From the NCBI GenBank assembly GCA_000025185.1, contig CP001848.1, forward strand, positions 1,320,001 to 1,352,000: a DNA stretch of 32,000 nucleotides, given 5' to 3'. This stretch comes from Pirellula staleyi DSM 6068 (GTDB taxonomy: Bacteria > Planctomycetota > Planctomycetia > Pirellulales > Pirellulaceae). Below the pieces are notes generated by a model that was given only the letters and a program-made list of their open reading frames with translations, was not told the origin of the DNA and ran no database searches. The position numbers were made by a program, and so were the translations under genes. Positions 23,820 through 32,000 of the stretch are shown here, in pieces; within the stretch, counting starts at the first letter, position 1; each line of letters starts with the position of its first letter.

Positions 23820-24305
23820 ATGCACGCGATTCTGCTGACAGTGCTTGCCCTAGGTGCGGGTGCAGGAGAATATCCAGTGCAGCAGGCAGCCTATGGCTGC
23901 GAGCAATGCGATTCAGGTCACTGCGGACATGCCAAAGCCGAGAAGCGTCCCCACGCTGGCTTCTTTGGAATGATGCCCCAGACCTGCTACGAGCCGCATT
24001 TCGGATGTTACGACGGCGATCGCCACATGCATCGCTACCCCGCCTTTCACGGCACCTACTATCGCCGTGCTTATAACTATCGCAACTACTTCGACTACCC
24101 TTGGCATGCTGAAATGCATGAGCCCACCTCGCACTACTCGTATCACACGACGAGCGAGATGCTCGAGCAAGGCTCCGCACCACCTCAGCCTGTGCCAGAC
24201 GCCGCCGCTCGCACCCAGTCGCTGCACGACAACATGCGATCGGCTCTTCGTTCAACACAGCCTGTCTATCAAGGTGGGGAAGATTCGCGAACCCTTCGCC
24301 GCTAA
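23820..24305 (+). CDS. Small secreted Cys/His/Tyr-rich hypothetical protein
   Basis: The internal ATG at 23820 gives the signal peptide MHAILLTVLALGAGAG. The mature part contains CEQCDSGHCGH and HMHRYPAFHGTYYRRAYNYRNYFDYPWHAEMHEPTSHYSYH. The upstream part of the track ORF (from 23628) looks non-coding. Confidence 0.6.
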   Translation: MHAILLTVLALGAGAGEYPVQQAAYGCEQCDSGHCGHAKAEKRPHAGFFGMMPQTCYEPHFGCYDGDRHMHRYPAFHGTYYRRAYNYRNYFDYPWHAEMHEPTSHYSYHTTSEMLEQGSAPPQPVPDAAARTQSLHDNMRSALRSTQPVYQGGEDSRTLRR

Positions 24306-24425
24306 GTCTTAGCAGCTATTGAGTCTTGGAATAATGAGTTAGAAGATCCTTCTAACTATTAGACCTCTGATAGTAAAGGCAGCTCTGAATTACCAAGTCC
24401 CAGTCATTGGGATCTTGTAACTATA

Positions 24426-24476
24426 GAAAAAGGTCGGCGTCGCTCTCAAGCGATGCCGACCTTGTTTCATTTTCTT
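24426..24476. terminator. Bidirectional intrinsic terminator between convergent genes
   Basis: GGTCGGCGTCGCT-ctca-AGCGATGCCGACC forms a 13-bp stem including one G-U pair, flanked by GAAAAA upstream and TTGTTTCATTTTCTT downstream. Confidence 0.75.
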
Positions 24477-24544
24477 GCTCAAGTTGAGCCGGTGGTTTTG
24501 CTGTTTTCTCGCAAGAACACCCTGGTTTTAAGGGCTAGTGGTAT

Positions 24545-25474
24545 TTAAGGGCTTAGCCAGCGGAAGAAGTTGCGGACCGGTTGTCCGTCGACATAGGCGG
24601 TCGGCTGACCATAGAGGCCACTTCCGAGCGAGACTCCACCACGGCTCACTGGTGGACGAGCGGTCGCTGCTGTGGTTCCGCGACCCGTAGTGGGCAACGT
24701 TCCATAAACACCTGTTTGAGGGTAGGCAACCACCACCGGCCCTGTTGGAGCCACATAACTGCTCGGCGCTACGTAGCTAGGTGTTACATAACTAGGCGCG
24801 GCATAGTTATAAGTAGGTGCCCCAAACGTTGGGTTCATAGGAACCGTGTAGTCGACGATGCGCGGTGGCATGGTGTTGATCGAGGGGGAATTGAGTGGAG
24901 CCGAATAGATCGGCTCGCTATAGCTGGGGCCTTGCACCACGGTGCCTGGACGAGAAGTCGCTGGGCTATACGAGGGATTGTAAGGTGCGGTCGTTGCCGA
25001 TGGAGGTGGAAAAACACCTTGTGCCGACGAGGGCTCGAGGAGTGAGGGGCGGACGTCGGCGGGCGAGAGTCGCTCGCCAGGCTGAATGGGAGTGATAGGG
25101 TACTGCACTTGCGAGGGAGCGAGGCAGGCAGACTGCGATGCGGCGTATTCATCGGACGACATCAGCGGCTGGCGAGCGGTGTCGTGCGTCGGTGGCAGCA
25201 TCGTCGCAGCGCTTGGACGAGCAACGATCACACCTTTGTGGCCAATGTCGTTCGGGGCTGAGTCGGTGATTGGGCGCAGGTTCGCTGCTGGGGCAAACAC
25301 CTCGGGCCGAGGGAGGTCGGTGATCTCGGGATAAGGGCTATCGGCGGCGATATCGCTGGCAATCAGAATGACCGGATCGACAGCAGGGTTGGTTGTCGAT
25401 TGGCCAGCAGCGGTCATGGAGAATGACACGGTCGCCAGCATCGTGAGCGTGAGCACTGAAAGCTTCTGGGGCAT
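24545..25474 (-). CDS. Secreted Pro/Ser/Tyr-rich low-complexity protein
   Basis: Signal peptide MPQKLSVLTLTMLATVSFSMTAAG. Long P/S/T/Y-rich sequence with short repeats (APTYNYAAPSYVTPSYVAPSSYVAPTGP). No family recognised. Confidence 0.65.
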   Translation of the reverse strand: MPQKLSVLTLTMLATVSFSMTAAGQSTTNPAVDPVILIASDIAADSPYPEITDLPRPEVFAPAANLRPITDSAPNDIGHKGVIVARPSAATMLPPTHDTARQPLMSSDEYAASQSACLAPSQVQYPITPIQPGERLSPADVRPSLLEPSSAQGVFPPPSATTAPYNPSYSPATSRPGTVVQGPSYSEPIYSAPLNSPSINTMPPRIVDYTVPMNPTFGAPTYNYAAPSYVTPSYVAPSSYVAPTGPVVVAYPQTGVYGTLPTTGRGTTAATARPPVSRGGVSLGSGLYGQPTAYVDGQPVRNFFRWLSP

Positions 25475-25789
25475 ACACCACCAAGATGGCCAGGAGTGAA
25501 GAACAGGAAGTCGCAGGTGAGCACTCAGTTCTCAGTACATCACCGCGAACGAAACCACTCTACGCAACAGCTATGCCATTGGTGCGCAGGAAATGGAGCA
25601 GCGCTCTCAACCGACATTGCTAGCGGCTATTTTGCTAGCGTCGTTAAGTCGTGATCTGCAGAGACAATGGCTCGGCTGTCGCGCGGCAAATGTCGCGCAA
25701 AGAGCGGCTTGAAGATCCTGCTGGAATTGTGGCAGCGACAGCTGGGTTTTGATGTAAAGCTTACAAAAGAGCCGCCGCCCCGTGCTGTG

Positions 25790-26578
25790 CTAGCGCGGGA
25801 GTGTCAGCGTGAATTGGCACCCGGTGGGAGCGAGGTTCTCGGCCGCAATGGCTCCCCCATGCAGCTCGGCAATGCGCCAGGTTTTCGAGAGACCGAGTCC
25901 AAGTCCGCGCCCCGCTTCGCGCCCGCTATAGAACGGGTCGTAAAGATGCTCGCGGGCTTCTTCCGAAAGGCCCGGCCCGGTATCGCGCACCACGATCGCA
26001 ATGGTCTTGCTTGCGACGCACAGCTGCAGCGTGACTGCTCCTTGATGAGCCACCGCTTCGAGCGCGTTGCGGAGCATCGCTTGCACCCCCATTTTCAGAT
26101 GCACAGGGTCGGCTGAAATGGCGACCTGCTCGGCTGTTTCGTCGCCAGGGGGAACAAGCGTGAGCGAGGTTTGCTGGGCCGCAGCTTCGCTTTGAAACTG
26201 GTCGACCAGTTCGCGAAGGAGCGAGAAAACGAGCACCGTTTCGCGGTTCAGCCGAGGTGGCTTGGCGAACAGCATAACGTCGGCCAGCATCTCGTGTGCG
26301 CGAAAGGCCTGGGCCACAATCACGGCGAGTCGCCGCTTGCGATCGGGGTGGGGCTCGTCGGCCAGCAGGGTTTGGGCCCGGGTGGCGATGTTCGCCAGCG
26401 GGTTGTTGATTTCGTGACTCAGGCCATAGGCAAACGCGTGCAAACTGGCGAGTTTTTGCTGCTCGAGCAGCTTGGGAAGTTCCGCCGCCAATCGCTTGCG
26501 CGCAAGGGGATCGTCGACCAGCTTGAGAAGCTCATCGAGGGAGGTGGTGGTCGAACTGGTGGGGGCTGGGTCAGGCAT
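25790..26578 (-). CDS. Histidine kinase, soluble, without a recognisable sensor or TM domain (HisKA + HATPase_c only)
   Basis: H-box 'FAYGLSHEINNPLANIATRAQ', N-box 'MLRNALEAV', G1 'VRDTGPGLSEE', G2 'GRGLGLGLSKTWRIAELHGG'. The track start at 26581 is TTG and the adjacent ATG at 26578 is used. Confidence 0.9.
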   Translation of the reverse strand: MPDPAPTSSTTTSLDELLKLVDDPLARKRLAAELPKLLEQQKLASLHAFAYGLSHEINNPLANIATRAQTLLADEPHPDRKRRLAVIVAQAFRAHEMLADVMLFAKPPRLNRETVLVFSLLRELVDQFQSEAAAQQTSLTLVPPGDETAEQVAISADPVHLKMGVQAMLRNALEAVAHQGAVTLQLCVASKTIAIVVRDTGPGLSEEAREHLYDPFYSGREAGRGLGLGLSKTWRIAELHGGAIAAENLAPTGCQFTLTLPR

Positions 26579-26600
26579 CAAGCTGCGCCGCTGCAGGCAC

Positions 26601-26632
26601 GAAAAAAGGCTGGGGGAATGTGGGGCATTCCC
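26601..26632 (-). terminator. Intrinsic terminator/attenuator between the response-regulator and kinase genes
   Basis: Minus strand GGGAATG-cccca-CATTCCC (7-bp stem), then CCAGCC and TTTTTT. The T-tract ends about 24 nt upstream of the kinase ATG. Confidence 0.45.
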
Positions 26633-26748
26633 GTCAGCCTGGATGGTTCTTGTTAATCAACCTTTTGCGAAGCGAGATTCGAGGTTCACTTCGCCAGGAT
26701 CTTCTAAATGGGAGAAGATCCTGGGGGTTCCGAGCAGACGTGTCAGCG

Positions 26749-27336
26749 TTAGCTGGCGACGACGCGTTCGATTTCGAGCAAGTCGCAAGCACGGTCGAGC
26801 AATTTGTCGACAGTGAAAGGCTTTTGCAGGAAGTCGTCGGCACCGGCGGCACGCAGGTCGGCCACTTTGTCTTGTTCGACCATACCCGAAATGCAGATGA
26901 TTTTGACAGCTTCCAGAGTGCTATCGCTGCGAACTCGCTGGCAAACTTCTTTGCCATTGATATCGGGGAGCATCACATCCAGCACGACGAGATCAGGACG
27001 AAATTCCTTGACGAGCATACCGGCATCGAAACCATTGTTGGCGGTTTTGATATCGAAGCGTCCGTCGCGCTGGAATGTATCGAGCATCAGCTCTACAAGC
27101 TCTTGATCATCGTCGACGATCAGAAGCTTACGCTTGCCACTCTCGAGGGCATCGGTGGGGATGCCATTGTCGCGCATGAAACTATAAAGTTCGTTCCGCG
27201 GAATGCGTCGGAACCGGCTGCCTGGGACTCGAAAGCCCTTCAGGGTGCCGTTGTCGAAGCAGCGAATAATGGTCTGCTGACTGACTTTGCAGATCTTGGC
27301 TGCTTCGCCTGTGGTGAATACTGTCTTCGTTGACAT
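26749..27336 (-). CDS. Response regulator with an N-terminal excisionase/MerR-type HTH preceding the receiver domain
   Basis: HTH 'FTTGEAAKICKVSQQTIIRCFDNGTLKGFRVPGSRFRRIPRNELYSFM' is followed by REC (LLIVDDDQELVELM..., DLVVLDVMLPDINGKEV, ICISGM, FLQKPF). The ATG at 27336 is preceded by GGAAGGAAGGA about 13 nt upstream, so it is preferred over the track start at 27402. Confidence 0.9.
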   Translation of the reverse strand: MSTKTVFTTGEAAKICKVSQQTIIRCFDNGTLKGFRVPGSRFRRIPRNELYSFMRDNGIPTDALESGKRKLLIVDDDQELVELMLDTFQRDGRFDIKTANNGFDAGMLVKEFRPDLVVLDVMLPDINGKEVCQRVRSDSTLEAVKIICISGMVEQDKVADLRAAGADDFLQKPFTVDKLLDRACDLLEIERVVAS

Positions 27337-27579
27337 AACGACGAACCATCCTTCCTTCCCGATGGTTGGACCAGCAGCTTTTGGAGACAGCACCGTGGAC
27401 ACATGCCCACAAGTGGTGCAGCCTCAACCCTCCGTGGGATGCCACGTCGATGCTGGACCTAAACTCCCTCGACAGAACAATTCTACGCGAGGTGCGCAGA
27501 CCGCATACCTTGCGATCCTGCCCGTATCCGGCAAAAAGGTCAGGTCTTTCCTGAATTGCCAATCTTGCCAGTCGTGGTG

Positions 27580-27607
27580 ATTATAGCGGGCCCTCGGATC
27601 GCGTCAA
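27580..27607 (-). promoter_or_regulatory. Near-consensus sigma70-type promoter
   Basis: Minus strand TTGACG-(16 nt)-TATAAT. It lies about 240 nt upstream of the response-regulator ATG, and no credible ORF lies between them. Confidence 0.4.
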
Positions 27608-27918
27608 GATTGAAACGCGCGACGTAAGTCTCTATTAAATAGTGCTTTAGGATAATTAACCGATCAGGGCCCGAAGATTTTCCCCAAACCACGATAGCCA
27701 CTGAATTCGACCTAACTTCCGATTCGACCCCCTGCCCCACGACCCACAAGAGAGCCTCCGGACTACTCCTATGGCACTGCTGGTGGGGTTCTGAGGCGAG
27801 GCTGATGGAGAGCGGTGTGCCCAAATTTCAGCGGCGGCTGCGATACTCTGGGGCCCTTGGCGAGGGACGGTCGTCCAGGTGGTTCTCGCGATCGACTCGG
27901 CGAGCGCTCGCCCAAGCG

Positions 27919-29760
27919 TTACGCCCCGCGACCTTCGAGGTAGGCCATCACCAGGGCAACGTCGGCTGGCGTGATGCCGCTGATGCGGCTCGCTTGGGCC
28001 AGCGTCACCGGGCGAATTTTCGACAGCTTCTCCTTCGCCTCGGTCCGCAAATGGCGGATCGATTGATAGTCGAGTCGCTCGGGGATCGTCTTGTCCGACA
28101 GTCTCCGCTGCCGCTCGACCTGCTGCTCCTGCCGCGTCAAATACCCCTCGTATTTCACGTCGAACATCACCTGCTCGGCTGCATCGGGGCCGATTTCCGC
28201 CAGCTCCCCTTCCACTGCAACCAGTTGTGGCCAATCGACTTCCGGCCGACGGAGCCACTTCTCGAGTGAGATCTCGCCCATCCGTCCCCGGCGGAGAATG
28301 GCCATTGCCCGGGCGATTTCGGCTTCCTTCTGGTGCAGCAGCGCCAGCCGCTCGGCCGAAACGAGTCCCGCTTCGGCTCCCAATGCGGTCAGGCGTCGAT
28401 CGGCGTTGTCTTGACGTAGCAGCAGACGGAACTCGGCGCGGCTGGTGAACATGCGATAAGGTTCGTCGACGCCACACGTTACGAGATCGTCGACCAGCAC
28501 ACCGATATAGGCCTCGTCCCGAGAAATCGTGAGCGGAGCTTTCCCCGCCACCTTGAGCGCGGCACTCGCCCCGGCCACTAGCCCCTGCGCTGCGGCTTCT
28601 TCATAACCGGTGGTGCCATTAATCTGTCCCGCGAAGAAGAGCCCGGGTACCGACTTGGTTTCGAGCCACGGCCACAGTTGATCGGGAGGACAATAGTCGT
28701 ACTCCACGGCATAGCCATAGCGCATGATCTGGGCATTCTCGAGCCCCGCAATCAGTCGAAGCATTCCATCCTGCACATCGCGCGGCAAGCTCGTCGAGAT
28801 GCCGTTCACATACACCTCGGTGGTGTGTCGCCCCTCGGGCTCGAGGAACAGCTGATGGCTTTCCTTGTCGGCAAAGCGAACGATTTTGTCCTCGATACTC
28901 GGGCAATAGCGCGGCCCGCGCGAGTGGATCTGTCCGCTGTACATCGGTGCCCGGTGCAGATTCTCCCGAATCAAATCGTGCACGGCTGCATTGGTATGCG
29001 TGATCCAGCACGGCATTTGCGCCGCGACGATAGTGCTTCGAAACGAGCGTGGCGTCAGGAACGAAAAAGGCTGCGGGTCATCGTCCCCCGGCTGAATTTC
29101 GGTCTTCGAGTAATCGATCGTCCGCCCGTTCAGCCGACAGGGGGTGCCGGTCTTAAAACGCGAGACGCGAAAGCCCAAACGTGCAAGCGCTCCGCTGATG
29201 CCGCTGGTGGTCCCCTCCCCTGCTCGGCCACCGGGCGTTTTCACCTCGCCGGTGTGCATGATCGCCGACAGGAACGTGCCGGTGGTCAAAACCACCGATT
29301 TTGCGCGGTAAACGACGTCGCCGCGCACTCGCACACCAACAATCCGCTCGCCGTCGGCGGTGGTTTCAGTCAGCAGATCTTCCACTGTTTCTTGACGCAG
29401 CGCGATGTTGGGTTCGGCCTCGATGCGCCGCTTCACTTCAAACTGATACGCTTTTTTATCCGCCTGCGCTCGCGGACTATGCATCGCCGGCCCTTTGCGG
29501 CGATTCAGCAGACGAAACTGAATCCCCGTGGCGTCGATCACTTCCCCCATCAGCCCACCCAGGGCGTCGATTTCCCGAACGATCTGTCCCTTGGCCACGC
29601 CACCGATGGCCGGGTTACAGCTCATTTGCCCCACGGTGTCGCAGTTGGTGGTCAGCAGACCGACCCGCGCACCAATCCGCGCAGCAGCCATCGCTGCTTC
29701 CACACCGGCATGTCCGCCACCAATCACCAGCACGTCGTAGTCGTAGAACGTCGCATTCAT
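27919..29760 (-). CDS. mnmG: tRNA uridine-5-carboxymethylaminomethyl(34) synthesis enzyme MnmG (GidA)
   Basis: FAD-binding N-terminus '[21 protein letters not shown]', '[26 protein letters not shown]', and full-length collinearity with MnmG. The ATG at 29760 ([16 protein letters not shown]) is preferred over the track start at 29802. Confidence 0.95.
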   Translation of the reverse strand: MNATFYDYDVLVIGGGHAGVEAAMAAARIGARVGLLTTNCDTVGQMSCNPAIGGVAKGQIVREIDALGGLMGEVIDATGIQFRLLNRRKGPAMHSPRAQADKKAYQFEVKRRIEAEPNIALRQETVEDLLTETTADGERIVGVRVRGDVVYRAKSVVLTTGTFLSAIMHTGEVKTPGGRAGEGTTSGISGALARLGFRVSRFKTGTPCRLNGRTIDYSKTEIQPGDDDPQPFSFLTPRSFRSTIVAAQMPCWITHTNAAVHDLIRENLHRAPMYSGQIHSRGPRYCPSIEDKIVRFADKESHQLFLEPEGRHTTEVYVNGISTSLPRDVQDGMLRLIAGLENAQIMRYGYAVEYDYCPPDQLWPWLETKSVPGLFFAGQINGTTGYEEAAAQGLVAGASAALKVAGKAPLTISRDEAYIGVLVDDLVTCGVDEPYRMFTSRAEFRLLLRQDNADRRLTALGAEAGLVSAERLALLHQKEAEIARAMAILRRGRMGEISLEKWLRRPEVDWPQLVAVEGELAEIGPDAAEQVMFDVKYEGYLTRQEQQVERQRRLSDKTIPERLDYQSIRHLRTEAKEKLSKIRPVTLAQASRISGITPADVALVMAYLEGRGA

Positions 29761-29918
29761 ACCGGTTATCGTACGTCCGTGGCCCACTGCTGTCCAAGGC
29801 ACCCCTCCTCTTGCTCGCTAAGCCAGCCGCTCGCCAAAAATGGGCTCCGCTGACTTTGCCAGCACACCACAACCGCCAATCGACTTTCCAACGATCCCCT
29901 TCCTGCGAGGTTCAGCCG

Positions 29919-30869
29919 ATGTTCCGCTATTTCCCAACTGCCACCACCCTGAGCCTTGCGCTGGCCCTGTTTTTGGCCTACTCGAGCCTCAGTCTCTCGG
30001 CCGAGCCGGTGAAAGCCAAAAAGGTCCTCTATATCGGCATCGACGGCTGTCGTTTCGATGCCATCCAAAAGGCCGAGGCCCCGGCGATCGACGCCCTGAT
30101 CGAAAAAGGCGCCTACACCGGTCACTGCCTGATCCTCGGCGATCGCTACCGCAAGAACGACACCATCAGCGGACCAGGCTGGAGCACCATCCTCACCGGC
30201 GTGTGGGCCGACAAACATGGCGTGCACAACAACACCTTCAAAGGCTCGCAGTACGACAAATTCCCCTGCCTCTTCGATCTCGTGAAGAAGAAGCTCCCCA
30301 CAGCTCGCTGTGTTTCGCACGTCACTTGGGAGCCGATCGACAAATTCATCATCACCGCGGCTGACGAAAAGAAGAGCTATGAACAAAAGCCCCACACCAT
30401 CGCCGACTATGTGAAATACGACACCGAGGCCACCGATGCCAGCGTGAAGGAACTGAAAGAACAAAACCCCGACATTGTGTTCCTCTACATTGGTCAGGTC
30501 GATGTCACCGGACATACCCACGGCTTCCACCCGACAGTTCCTCAGTACATCGAAGCGATCGAGCGCGCCGATGGACATGTCGCCGCCGCTGTGGCCGCGA
30601 TGAAGTCCCGTCCGACGTTCGACCAAGAAGATTGGCTCGTGGTGGTCACTAGTGATCACGGTGGCAAAGGAACCAACCACAGCAGCGGCCACGAGGTCCC
30701 CGAGATCCTCAACAGCTTTTTGATCGTGAGTGGCAGCGATGTCGCGCCGGGCGAAATCGCCGAGCAATGCTACCTGGTCGACGGCGCCGCCACCGTCATC
30801 CATCACCTCACTCCCCTCGACCCCGCCTGGCAACTCGACGGCACCCCCCGCGGCAAAACAAAACAATAA
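29919..30869 (+). CDS. Secreted alkaline-phosphatase-superfamily enzyme, nucleotide pyrophosphatase/phosphodiesterase (NPP) type
   Basis: Signal peptide MFRYFPTATTLSLALALFLAYSSLSLSA. Metal and nucleophile motifs 'YIGIDGCRFD', 'TISGPGWSTILTG', 'VDVTGHTHG', 'VVVTSDHGG'. The track ORF from 29301 is an artefactual 5' extension overlapping mnmG. Confidence 0.85.
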   Translation: MFRYFPTATTLSLALALFLAYSSLSLSAEPVKAKKVLYIGIDGCRFDAIQKAEAPAIDALIEKGAYTGHCLILGDRYRKNDTISGPGWSTILTGVWADKHGVHNNTFKGSQYDKFPCLFDLVKKKLPTARCVSHVTWEPIDKFIITAADEKKSYEQKPHTIADYVKYDTEATDASVKELKEQNPDIVFLYIGQVDVTGHTHGFHPTVPQYIEAIERADGHVAAAVAAMKSRPTFDQEDWLVVVTSDHGGKGTNHSSGHEVPEILNSFLIVSGSDVAPGEIAEQCYLVDGAATVIHHLTPLDPAWQLDGTPRGKTKQ

Positions 30870-30962
30870 CAGCCATCGCCCCAAGGCACGGGGCTAGAGG
30901 CTAAGAACTAGAGGCAAGGGATGTTCGATCAGGACATGCCCAGCGCTCTGGGTTCACTGTCT

Positions 30963-31122
30963 AGTAGTAGTCCGTCCAGCGATGAATGTCAGGCTAAACG
31001 GGGTGGCACTGCTGGCTTGTCCAGCAGTGTGCAGCGTGATAATGCCTAAACTGTGTTGAGCTACGCACAACACAGCCACCCAATGCACATGACATTCATC
31101 GCTAGACGAAGTAGTAGGTCCG
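30963..31122. repeat. MITE-like composite repeat element
   Basis: Perfect 14-bp inverted repeat AGCGATGAATGTCA (30978-30991) / TGACATTCATCGCT (31090-31103), extendable to 17 bp with one mismatch. Flanking direct repeats AGTAGTAGTCCG (30963-30974) and AGTAGTAGGTCCG (31110-31122). Inside are a 9-bp-stem copy of the REP-like hairpin CACTGCTGG-cttgt-CCAGCAGTG and a second hairpin CTGTGTTG-(9 nt)-CAACACAG. Confidence 0.5.
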
Positions 31123-31434
31123 GTTCCACCGGACGATCTCTTGCCAATAGGTATCCCAGGTAGCTCCCCAACCGGGGCCAGCTCCATCAGCCAGAGCCCT
31201 TCCCCCAATCCCATGCATCAAAGATTGGAGCTAAGTATCACTGAAGAACTCTTTATTTCGAATAAGCTCCAGCCCTAGTAAAATCTATGAGGAGTATGGC
31301 ATTCGTGCAAAAAATAAAAAATTGCTTCCACACCTTGAAGTGACTTTGATATCACTTTTTTATATGCCTGCGTGGAACAATAAACTCGACTATCATGCGA
31401 TCTTGCATGGACAGTTAGTGCCACTGCTGAGTTC

Positions 31435-32000
31435 ATGGGTGCGAGGGAGAATAGGGAATTGAGCCGATTCAACTTTCACGACCATCTGCTGCGATGTGAT
31501 CATACTCTCTTCGGAGGAATACTCCTTGGGATCGAAGGGCATGCCATTGAGCTCCAAGGTCGTGCTACGAGTGTGCTTCCGCGACCATCTCCAGTAGCTG
31601 AAGTCTGTGAAATCACAGGCATGGCTAAGGGGTCAGTCCGCGAAGCAATTTCTCGAATTAGCGGAGCATTTAGCAAACTTGGAATACCGAATTCCCCGGT
31701 AAGTATTCTTATCAACCTAGCTCCAGCAGCGCTAGAAAAAGGTGGCGCTTGGCTCGACCTTCCGCTAGCGGTGCTGATGCTTCAAGTAGCAGGACTTCTC
31801 CCCGATTTGCCGCAGGAGCAAGAGAAGAAGTACATGCTCATTGGAGAGCTTGGGATTCATGGTGAATTGCGGCGTGTGCCAGGAGCACTTTCACTCGCTT
31901 ATCGCGCCAATCCAGGGCAGTCTTTGATTGTGCCTGCTGGCAATGAAAAGGAGTGTGCACTGATCTTGGCGAAGCCAGGTCACGAAGGTTGCGGTGTCTA
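31435..32000 (+). CDS. comM: YifB/ComM-family Mg-chelatase-like ATPase, N-terminal part (gene runs off the window end)
   Basis: Absent from the ORF track because it is open at the edge. The frame from the ATG at 31435 reads ...HTLFGGILLGIEGHAIELQG...GMAKGSVREAISRISGAFSKLGIPNSPVSILINLAPAALEKGGAWLDLPLAVLMLQVAGLLP...YMLIGELGIHGELRRVPGALSLAY. This is the Lon-like ChlI_N domain pattern ('xNLAPAxxxKxGxxxDLPxAxxxL', 'GELxLxGxxRxVxG'). The start codon is uncertain (TTG at 31459 is an alternative). Confidence 0.7.
   Translation, partial: MGARENRELSRFNFHDHLLRCDHTLFGGILLGIEGHAIELQGRATSVLPRPSPVAEVCEITGMAKGSVREAISRISGAFSKLGIPNSPVSILINLAPAALEKGGAWLDLPLAVLMLQVAGLLPDLPQEQEKKYMLIGELGIHGELRRVPGALSLAYRANPGQSLIVPAGNEKECALILAKPGHEGCGV

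Noticed and set aside
27182-27824. Minus-strand ORFs 27182-27562 and 27540-27824 in the gap between mnmG and the response regulator
   Set aside because: Their translations are Arg/Ser/His-rich and non-protein-like. One overlaps the regulator's N-terminus out of frame. The region is better explained as a promoter plus a long leader.
29301-29918. 5' part of the 522-aa plus ORF, plus the antisense ORFs 28678-29853 (+) and 29766-30884 (-)
   Set aside because: These overlap mnmG or the phosphodiesterase gene. The phosphodiesterase clearly begins with its signal peptide at 29919. The others are shadows with Arg/His/Gly-rich translations.
30954-31214. 86-aa minus-strand ORF
   Set aside because: It reads straight through the inverted-repeat/REP-like element. 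The peptide 'GQASSAT' is also produced by translating the repeat copy at about 14520 (plus-frame ORF 14401-14622), so it is an artefact of the repeat rather than a gene.
31275-31715. Minus-strand ORFs 31275-31472 and 31500-31715
   Set aside because: The first lies in AT-rich promoter-like DNA. The second is antisense to the well-supported comM/yifB N-terminal domain frame.
1-32000. Idea that dprA (left edge), comM (right edge) and the Tad pilus form one natural-competence island
   Set aside because: dprA and comM are widely conserved single-copy genes. Here they are about 31 kb apart and separated by unrelated housekeeping genes (mnmG, a trans-sulfuration enzyme). No comEA/comEC or other DNA-uptake genes are present, so the co-location is most likely coincidental.

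Overview
GC-rich bacterial chromosomal window with no rRNA, tRNA or CRISPR that I could recognise. Weak Shine-Dalgarno usage, many signal-peptide or low-complexity secreted proteins and the overall protein style suggest a Planctomycetota (Pirellulales-like) genome, but this cannot be verified without a database search. The core (7.2-23.3 kb, all on the minus strand) is a Tad/Flp (type IVc) pilus locus. A sigma54 enhancer-binding protein (GAFTGA motif) is translationally coupled to a 412-aa membrane-anchored hypothetical, followed by a 550-aa polytopic membrane protein and an intrinsic terminator. Next come SIX tandem, diverged Flp-type prepilin genes (99-133 aa, each a Flp core plus a C-terminal extension). 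They are followed by a tandem hairpin-repeat block, then prepilin peptidase (cpaA/tadV), a TadE-like pseudopilin, CpaB, a TadG-like protein, the CpaF/TadA ATPase, TadB, TadC and a terminator. Four of the six pilin genes carry TGG[C/T]AC-N7-GC (-24/-12, sigma54-type) elements 117-182 nt upstream of their ATG. No secretin, TadZ/CpaE or TadD is present in the window. Left flank: dprA (partial), an orphan FixJ/LuxR response regulator, a secreted hypothetical, a PLP trans-sulfuration enzyme, a WD40-like secreted protein and a Wzx-like flippase. Right flank: two secreted low-complexity proteins, an HTH-REC response regulator plus a sensor-less histidine kinase, mnmG, an NPP-family phosphodiesterase, a MITE-like repeat element and comM/yifB (partial). 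Many long ORFs in the track are antisense or alternative-frame shadows of these genes and were rejected.
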